This document shows positions 55,944 to 64,000 of a DNA stretch of 64,000 nucleotides, one piece after another. The stretch is from positions 237,901,741-237,965,740 of the forward strand of contig CM041465.1 of the NCBI GenBank assembly GCA_023213395.1. The letters are read 5' to 3'. Source of the stretch: Cycas panzhihuaensis. Its lineage: Eukaryota > Plantae > Cycadophyta. The position numbers and the translations under genes are program-made. The stretch's first letter is position 1. The number at the start of each line of letters is the position of its first letter. The notes under the pieces are model-generated. The model made no database searches and had not been told where the DNA came from. It saw only the letters and a list, made by a program, of their open reading frames with translations.

Positions 55944-57277
55944 TATTGGGAGTGTTAAGGTTTGATTGTAGATTGAAGAGTTATAAAGGTGATTGGAAAA
56001 ATAATCACTTAGTGAAAGTGCTTATCATGTTAACATATATAATTCAAGAAGGTATTCTAGTACGCATTAGTTGAATTTAAGATAAAATATCATATGTTTG
56101 TAGACAAATGAATAAATAAACGACCTCTTAAAATATTGCCTTAAGCAGTCCCTTTTGATAAACAATCCTCTTTGATAAATAGTCCCCCTTTGATAAACAA
56201 ATTAGTTGCCCTTACTCTAAACAAATTAAAAGTCCCCCCTTGATTAAAACAATTCTAAAAAAATTCCCTTTAAAAAATGAATGTTTGCTAAAAAAATATT
56301 TAAATTCCAAGAATATGAAATTAAAGCACTTAATTATATGTTGTAATTGATTTAGTTAGATGGATTAAGATGGCAATAACTTTAAACATATCAAACTAAT
56401 TTTTAAGATATTAATTGTCCTTAAATAATTAAGCTTTATTTTTGAAAAAAAAAAGGGTATATAAATGTAAATTAAAAGATATTGAATTTAATATCATAGA
56501 GTTTTAATAATCTAGGTATCAAATATTAAACTGATAATAATAGATGCTACATTTGATCTTAGCTAAAAAACTGAGAAAAGTATATATATAATCTTATAAT
56601 GAGTGTTTTAAAGATTATATATACCTTATATATGATATATAAACAAATAGAAAAATTAGTTGGGGGGGGAATAGTTTGTTTTGATTTTATAAATAAATGT
56701 GATACTATATAAGGGAGGAAAGGATTCTATAATGATTAATTAAATGTCATAGATTAAAGAAATGTTGATTTAGCCTAAGTTGATTATGCTAGATTTTAAA
56801 TAACTTGTTAATGTGATTAAGAAGGTGTTGAGTTGTAAATGAAGGTTATTAGCTTAGTGTACTAAGAGATTAACTTAAAAGGTAATAAGAAAAAAAACAA
56901 AGGGTGGGGTGTAATATTTACCCTAAAATTTGATTAAAAAAGGGTTTTTAAGTAAATGTGATTAAAGGGGTGTAATAAGGGGGAAGGTATCTTGATTAAA
57001 ATATAATAAGGAAGGGAGGGTTTTGATTAAATTTTGTAAATCAAAATGTAATAAGTAGATACTTATGTTAATATTAAGGTATTGAAGAAGGGTTATTAAT
57101 AATAAAAGATAAATATCCTAAGGTTTGATTTAATGTAATACAATACCTTAAAGAATTATAAATGGTAATGTTTAATCAAGAGTTTATAAACCAAATATAA
57201 TTATTCAGGCTCGTGAGGAGTTTATTAATCAAATAATATTTGATTAAAATTAATAACATAAATATGATTAGGTTTAA

Positions 57278-57290
57278 TATATATATATGA

Positions 57291-57379
<89 letters not shown>
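57278..57379. repeat. (TA)n microsatellite in the copia leader
   Basis: Direct inspection. Confidence 0.97.
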
Positions 57380-57380
<1 letters not shown>

Positions 57381-58464
57381 CTTAATAAGGCAGACCCGAT
57401 GAAATTATCTATTTAATAAAACCAAATTATATCTAAATGTTAATTGGGATCTGAGGGGGAAAGGAAAGGAAGAAACCCTACCTAGTGCGTTAGTTCATGA
57501 CGACGCATCTTTGTTTGCAGGCTGGATGACAAAGATGGAGATGGCAATGGCGTTCAACAAGAGACGTTCGAGGCTATCAAGAAGATCGATCCCCATAAGA
57601 GAGTCAATGTCCCGTGGCTTTTGCTTCAACCCCAGAAACTGCCTTCGTCCATCCAAGGATGGTGATTGTGGCGTTGCCGAGCAGAGGCAGCGAAGGAGAG
57701 GGGTTTTATGAGCTCTATCTTCATTTGGTTCTCTGTCTTCACATGAGGTTGAGAGCTCTTGTGCTGAACTGCCCACAATTCCCAAAACAGGGAGAAACGG
57801 AGGACATCAACAAATATTTTGCTAGCCTTTCAAAGGACTTCATTCAGCAGAAGAAAGGGAATTATGAATAAAGCACGGGAGCGAGTTTGCATGAATCTAA
57901 TGCTTCGCCAAGGGTAGGGTAGGGTTTAAGGAATATTAATAAGGAGTGTTGCGTTCATAAGTAAATTAGGTTTTGATATGTTGTTGCTCAGGTTATGTCA
58001 TAAGGGTTATCCTGGAAAAGATAAAGTGCTATTATTACAACAGGCTGGACTATCCTGTATTCTTGAACATTTTGGTATTCAAGATACCACATGATAAGGA
58101 GCTAGAATATAATTCCAAAGGCTGGGCAAACATGACAGTGGAGAGGGAGTTGCGATCAAGTAAGAGGCAGAGAATTGGATCCACAGGTGCAGATGTTTCC
58201 TTTACAAACTCTGATTCATTGGGACAAGCAACTGATCATAAAAAGTAAGAAGTACAGTCAAGACTTGATGATACACCTATGCTAGATTGTATGACACAAG
58301 AATATACTTTCAATAAGGATTCAACAAATGCAGGCAAGAGTGATGGCCGAAAAATACATATTGAGGGTTCTAAGGAGGATAGAAAGGAAAGAGATAACTT
58401 AGGAGGATATCATAGCGATGCAAAAGGAGAAGAAGATGGGGTGCAATGATGGCTCTAATGAGAA

Positions 58465-58476
58465 GCTCTGATACCA
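58465..58476 (-). promoter_or_regulatory. PBS, tRNA-iMet
   Basis: TGGTATCAGAGC on the minus strand immediately after the 5' LTR. Confidence 0.95.
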
Positions 58477-58895
58477 TGTGAGAAAAGAGGCACATGTACA
58501 GCGTTAACAGGATCTACATATGCAAGAAATAACACTACACAGGTACACATTAATTGATAGGTGGAAAACCCCTTCTGGGGAAGAAAAACCATCTCCTAAA
58601 TCTAATTTATTAATAAAGAATAAATACCATGCTACAAAACCACCATCAACCAAAACTAGCCTTTAAATAGGCATTTGGATAGCCCTTTTAGATTCTTGGA
58701 ACCATCTCCATGAATCTATGAGATGAATAAATACTAAGGAGATTCGTTGGAATGCAGTTCTACATTTCAATGACCATCCATAAATTAATGAAATAAACCT
58801 AAGTTTAAACATTATAATTACTTAAATTACATATTAAACATGTGACTAAATAATGACATAAAAGAAACATAAAGTTTACATTATGTCATCTAATA
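58477..58895 (-). repeat. 5' LTR (419 bp)
   Basis: Direct repeat of 51249-51660. Confidence 0.96.
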
Positions 58896-58974
58896 ATTAG
58901 CAAATCATTAATATATAAGATTAGAAAGGTTACAAATATATTCTAGAGATTATATATAGGCTTGAGTTAGTTAG
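58896..58974 (-). pseudogene. RT fragment of the old copia (YxDD region)
   Basis: Joining across the TSD to 51243 restores FLILYINDLLITSND. Confidence 0.8.
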
Positions 58975-61683
58975 TGGACGCGCGTCTATGGGATAGCCAC
59001 TTAACTAAATAGGTATGGTAAGAGCAGGTGATAATATGATCGAGAAAGAGACCTATAAGTAGGGTAATTACCACGCAGGGTGCCCCATACGCCAGAGTGC
59101 GAGTTCGGGACCTACAATGGAATGTAGCTACCTAAGGGTGATCCCCCCACTTCAAATAAGAGGTGAGGAGGCGCAGGGTTAGCCTGGGTTGACATAAAGG
59201 AAGGATCTTCCCACCCTTGGATGGCCAGAAAGGGAAGGAGAGGAGACTTTGAGGGTTTCCCTAGAGCAACGGGAAACAAAGAAGGATAGGCAAGTAAGCG
59301 GCCTATGAACAGGGTCACCTTGGTTACCCAGCGAAGCGATGAACCAAGGGAAAATAAGAGGGATGACCCAAGAAGGTGGGTCAAGGTATGCCTAAGCAAA
59401 CTAACCAAATACACAAAGGACAAAGGGAAAAGGAAGCTTGCATGACAAAGGAGGGAAAAGGTGAAAGGGGCAATTCCTAAGACCTTTTCTTATGAGTAAA
59501 GGAGATGCATGTAATGAAATAAATAAAGCATGAACCAAAAGCAAAGTTAATTTTCCCTTTTAATTTCCAATGAGTTCATTACTACTTATGTAAAGGAAAT
59601 TCAAAAGGAAAGAGTGGATAAGGGAGAGCGGAAGCGTGTACCTGGGCCAGAAGCATGTCGTGATGATGGCGCTCCCAAGGGACACCCAAACTACTCCACA
59701 AGGCACGGCGGTCGTGAAGCGTCGTGGCGGATCGGAATAAGGGGCTCCCTTACCTTCCCCAGAAAAATACTAAAGTATAAAACCAAGGAAAGAAAGAGAC
59801 CAAATACTAACAATAAATGGAGTATGAAAGTACAACATGCATGGAAGCACTTACCGGTAAAGGGATAAATGAAGAAAGGTCCTTTGCACTTTCTAAACAC
59901 CTGCAAGTAGACGGCAACCTCCCCCTTCCTAGAGAAAGGGTACTAACATGCAATGACAAGATCCTAACAATACATGTCTATGTAATACAAATATAAACTT
60001 AAACACGTATATGTTAGCATCAACACAATGATGATAATATGTAAAGGAGGACAACCAAAGTAAAAGGAAAGTAACCGGTAAGCCTCGAAATGGCCCACCT
60101 CCCGCAAAGAACAACACCAACCTCCCCCCAAGGCCACAAGGCAGTGAGGGCAAGGCCAAGAAGGATGGCTGAAAATAGTAGCAAGGGAGTTGAGAGGAGC
60201 CAAAGAAGACCTACGGCAAGCCGGGGTGCTATGAAGAGCAAACCGGGCTGCCGGGAAGAGAGTTGGGCAAAGAACGAGCGGTCGGGACTTATATGAGTTG
60301 CCCGGACCTAAGTACAAGCCCTCAAACTAATACTGCAATGTGTGACAGTGCTGATTTCAGCGGCTAAGGAAGGCCCAACAAACCCTTATTTGAGTGCCAA
60401 GGATAGCACGAGGCAAGAGGGAAGGTTTAGGGGGATTAAAGCCGTTTGAGGAGCGTGGAAGGTGGTGCGGAATCCACCCAGCTCTCTCCCAAACCCTATG
60501 TCAACCCTCTGTGTCGCTACCTTGAGCAACAAACGCAGGCAAGGAGGCACTATAATAGGAGTAAAAGAGTCCAATATAAAGAGGAAAATAACCCTCACAA
60601 AGACAAGCAAGATAGGGCATCAATTGCATAAGAAAAATAACTTAAATAAATGAATACCTGAGAGGAAGAGGAGAGGTGCTTGCCTCAGCCAAGGGCTGGT
60701 AAGGAGGGGTTGAGAAATCAGCCCAAAAACTATGGTGTAGCAAGTTTGGGACCCTGCTAATGGAGTTGGAGGGAAAACACCTGCACTTGGAATGCTTAAT
60801 GGCTGCCCGGGGTAAGAATCCACTGAAATCTCTCCAAGGGGCCCTCTCCAAGGTGCATGAGGGGCTGGGAAGATGTCCTAGCCACACCAAAGGAGAGCTA
60901 GGCACCAGAGGAGAGATGCAGGTCCTGTAGCAGCAGCAGGGTAGCGGAGAATAGCAGAGCACAGCGTGATCTCCTTGAGAAGCAATCCAAAAAGTGAGCA
61001 AAAAGTCCTCAAAAATGAGTAAGTCATGACTTAAGTACCCAACCCAAACCCTAAAGCGAGAGATTAGGGCGTGGCTGAGAGTGAGTTAAGTCATGAGACA
61101 TGTGGCAATTTCACAATAAATGCGAAATTGCCACAGCAGATTTTTAAAAAATAAATTAGAACAGTCATACCGCTGTAAAATCTGTGGTACCGCGGATTTT
61201 CCAGCGGTACCACGAAAATCGTGGTGATATTCGCTCAGATGTAAAACCAGGCCCAGCTAGCCAGTCTAGGCTGGGGGCAGATGATAAAAAGAGCTAATAG
61301 AGGGCTGAGACACCTACCTAGGGGTAAACAAGCTAACAAACAGGTCCAAAGGAGCAAAAATAGGGCTCAAATGGTGTGGCAAGTCAACCAAATGATGACA
61401 GGTCATCACACGGGCAGAGGTGGCACAAGCCAAGTGGATCTTGGAGTGAGGGGGGGCAGAATGCAGGAAGTGGGGTGGCCACTAGGGTGCCACACTTGCT
61501 GGGAGTGTGCCCCTGCTATAGTCGTCATAGGCTAAAATAAGTGTAGACGAGGGCAAAGTCATCTACAAAGCCACAAACATGCAGACATACAAGTAAACAC
61601 TCATCAAAAGAAAGTGATGACAAAGCGAGAAACATACCCATTTCACCGAGCCGCACAGATCCATTCCTGGAAGCTGGGAAACA
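58975..61683 (-). repeat. 3' LTR of element F (2709 bp)
   Basis: Minus strand starts TGTTTCCCAGCTTCCAGGAATGG and ends CATAGACGCGCGTCCA. Confidence 0.85.
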
Positions 61684-62092
61684 CTGCCACCTTGGCAGCA
61701 GAGCCTTGCCACTTGGAAGCCTGGTGCGATGGCAATGCCGCAACACAATCACAAGAGTACATGTGTATATAGATATATCAATCAAGATTATAACAATAGG
61801 CAAGGGCACCGACAAGTGTCATGGCAGAATGCGTGGATACAAATGTAGCAGTGGAGACAACATAGGGGCTGCCTATGAGCCACCTGGGAATCGACTAGAG
61901 AAATAAGAAAGGCAAGGGGGCTGCCCCCACCACAAAAGATACAGAAGGATATGCATAACTAAATAAAGAGTAAACACGGGGTAGGTGCCATAGTTTTACC
62001 TCATTAGCAGCTAAGTTTTGGAGGTGTGAATGGGTCACAAAGCAAAGTGTAGGACAACCTGGGGCTTGGGCGACAGGGCAGCCAGACAAGCC

Positions 62093-62512
62093 TCAGGGAT
62101 GGTCAGCAAGGAGTAGAAGGCGACGCTCAAGGATGAGGTGAATGAGACTATCTACCTCGGCATTGAGGGCCCAAGGGATATGCTGGATATCGACAGAAGA
62201 GAAGTGAGCCAGGAGAGATCTAGTGGCAGAAGCAAGAGTCCTCAAGTGAGGGCATCGCACCTGGTAAACCTGGGTAAGATGAGACACCACAACTTGAGAG
62301 TCACAAAGCAAAACGATGGATCCACAATGGAAACAGAGAGCATCAGTAAGGGCTTCAATCATAGCTATATATTCGGCTTCGTTGTTAGTAGCCTCTGGGA
62401 GGAAGATCCCAGAGTGAAGGAGATCGTGTCCAAAAGGGCTACGGAGAATCCATGCAGCAGCAGAAGGTCCAGGGTTATCAAGCGCTCCGCCAAGAAAGAT
62501 GTAGATGGACAT
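62093..62512 (-). CDS. stand-alone archaeal-type ribonuclease H (RNase HI-like), 139 aa from the internal ATG
   Basis: Open frame (track ORF 62093-62584): NPGPSAAAWIL, TNNEAEY, DSQVV, HIPWALNAEVDSL. The ATG at 62512 corresponds approximately to the starts in B and D. Confidence 0.88.
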   Translation of the reverse strand: MSIYIFLGGALDNPGPSAAAWILRSPFGHDLLHSGIFLPEATNNEAEYIAMIEALTDALCFHCGSIVLLCDSQVVVSHLTQVYQVRCPHLRTLASATRSLLAHFSSVDIQHIPWALNAEVDSLIHLILERRLLLLADHP

Positions 62513-63030
62513 GGGTAACACAAAAGTCTTGATAGTCAATCGATAATGAAAGCAATACTCAAAAGGCAAGTAGAAAATAGCCATGAAGGATAGGAGGTCC
62601 TAGCAATGAGGTTACCCAGGGCGAGAGCAAGTAGTCCAATCACCAGCAGAGAGTGGTCAGAGGAAAAAGCCTCCTAGGACACCAAAAGGTCGCTTTGGAA
62701 AGCGAAACATGCCCCCGGGCGGGGAGCATTCCCTTTGGGGACCCCAAGAGTGAGAAAGGACTGCGGAAACAAGTCCAGGGTGATGAAACGAGCCAAATGA
62801 GTATAAACTCGGGTATGCACAGGAGTGGCACGCAAAACGAGACAAAAGAGCCCAAGAAAAAAGTGTAAAAATGAGGCACCATAAATGCACCTGCGAGAAA
62901 GTGTAAAAAGGGTGTCAAGAGAGCATAACAGGCGACAGGGCTAGAAGGCAAAGACAATCAGGGAAACAGGACAGTCCCAACGGCTGTCACAGAGCTCAAA
63001 ACGGAAGAAGTACCCGTTGGGGCCCCCACC

Positions 63031-63037
63031 TATATAA
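63031..63037 (+). promoter_or_regulatory. candidate TATA box of the PMD gene
   Basis: CCTATATAAGG, ~165 bp upstream of the exon-1 ATG at 63198. Position-based inference only. Confidence 0.45.
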
Positions 63038-63197
63038 GGAAATCGAATGGAAAATAGATTCATTTTCACCGGCTCTCGTGAGAAACCAGAGCCATTCCCT
63101 TACGCAGTAGAGTGCCACCTAACTTCGGAGGCATGCAGGGAGAGATCAGATCGTTGGATCGAAGATCAGAGAGAGCCAGCGGGATCAGCAGGACGAG

Positions 63198-64000
63198 ATG
63201 GCGATGGCGAGACCGGATCTAGTGAGTGGATGTCACTGAACCCAACCCATTTCGAAGTTTGAATTTCATTGGTTTTTTTGTAATTTTTGTGTGGTTTTAG
63301 TGCCCCTTATGGGCAATCAAAGGCCTCTCAGAGTCTGAATTGAACCCAGAAAGAGGCGGGGACCTAGGCACTAGGGAGCCCTTGTCCCGATGGGCCCCAC
63401 GAGGTCCACCAGAAGAATTTTTTTTTGTTTTTCAGGGCGAAAATCCCCCCTTTTAGGGGATTGCCATTTGTACCACGGTAATGATCATGGTACTGCGATC
63501 ATTACCGCAGGACCCACCCTGAACTTAGCAATACCGCTAAGTTCAGTGCGGTACAAAGCCAAGCAAGCAGAAAAAAGGGCAAAAGGGCCCAAAGAGCCCC
63601 AAATCACAGGCAGAGAGAGTTTTGAGAGAGTAAGGAGTGTTAATAACTGACATAAAGCTAACTTTGATCGTTTTTTATGTGGATAGGCTGTCATCATGGC
63701 GGATAACCGCGAGAACGTAGGTATGGCCATGTTGAGCTATATGGAGATGGCATCATAGGAGGACAGGGAGATCCTACAAAGGTGTGGCCTATACAAGGCC
63801 CTCAAGACACCCCAGTATGCATCAGATCAGAGGTTGCTAGTTGATATAGTATCCCATTGGGATAGGAGGAGACATGTGTTCCATCTACCGCAGGTAGGTG
63901 ATGTGATGGTCACGCCGAGAGATATACGGTGGATACTAGGAGTACCGACGACAGGGAGGCCGGTGAGACTGGGGACACTGCCTAACACCGAGGCAGCACA
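63198..64000 (+). pseudogene. spliced PMD gene, element F (exon 1 63198-63221, intron 63222-63686, exon 2 from 63687; one TAG at 63756)
   Basis: MAMARPDL|AVIMADNRENVG...LLVDIVSHWDRERHVFHLPQVGDVMVTPRDIRWILGVPTTGRPV. GTGAGT donor, CTAAC branch-like site, TAG acceptor, phase 0. Confidence 0.85.

Larger units (their letters stand above)
51249..58895 (-). mobile_element. structurally complete Ty1/copia LTR retrotransposon (7647 bp) with ATTAG target-site duplication
   Basis: Two LTRs, PBS, PPT and domain order gag-PR-IN-RT-RH. ATTAG at 51244-51248 and 58896-58900. Confidence 0.97.
58975..64000 (-). mobile_element. Tat-clade element F, 3' part (best preserved; continues off the right edge)
   Basis: 3' LTR at 58975-61683, RNase H ORF and antisense PMD gene. 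61684-62500 is collinear with the reverse complement of 10710-11628. CpG-rich. Confidence 0.88.

Noticed and set aside
59112-61535. Numerous 60-119 aa ORFs within the F LTR
   Set aside because: Expected by chance in GC-richer sequence; no motifs, and not evidently conserved as frames in LTRs A or B.
62138-62518. 126-aa plus-strand ORF
   Set aside because: Antisense shadow of the RNase H ORF; no recognisable motif.
62093-62584. RNase H as a host or horizontally acquired prokaryotic gene
   Set aside because: It occupies the same position inside three related retrotransposon copies, and aRH is an expected Tat component.

Overview
Eukaryotic, land-plant-type heterochromatin made almost entirely of nested, mostly decayed retrotransposons. 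I found no host gene, RNA gene or CRISPR array. The main component is five segments of a Ty3/gypsy Tat-clade family with 2.7-3.3 kb LTRs (5'-TGTTTC...TCCA-3') and a tRNA-Arg-type PBS: A 1-6677 (-), B 6678-14912 (+), C/E ~19216-27840 (+), D ~30288-36660 (+) and F 58975-64000 (-, best preserved). Three Ty1/copia elements are present; one is structurally complete (51249-58895, ATTAG target-site duplication). There is also a decayed L1-type LINE, several LTR fragments and long microsatellites. The most notable structure is an accessory module between pol and the 3' LTR of the Tat elements. It has an antisense, intron-containing Plant Mobile Domain (PMD) gene (4 copies; a 24-nt first exon is resolvable in 3). 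Head-to-head with it lies a free-standing ~140-aa archaeal-type RNase H ORF (3 copies), followed by hairpins with a fixed 14-nt loop and covarying stems. ~20-bp-periodic GGTACC palindromes occur in both the LTR and the PMD intron. All calls come from manual reading and motif recognition, with no database search; boundaries marked ~ are approximate.
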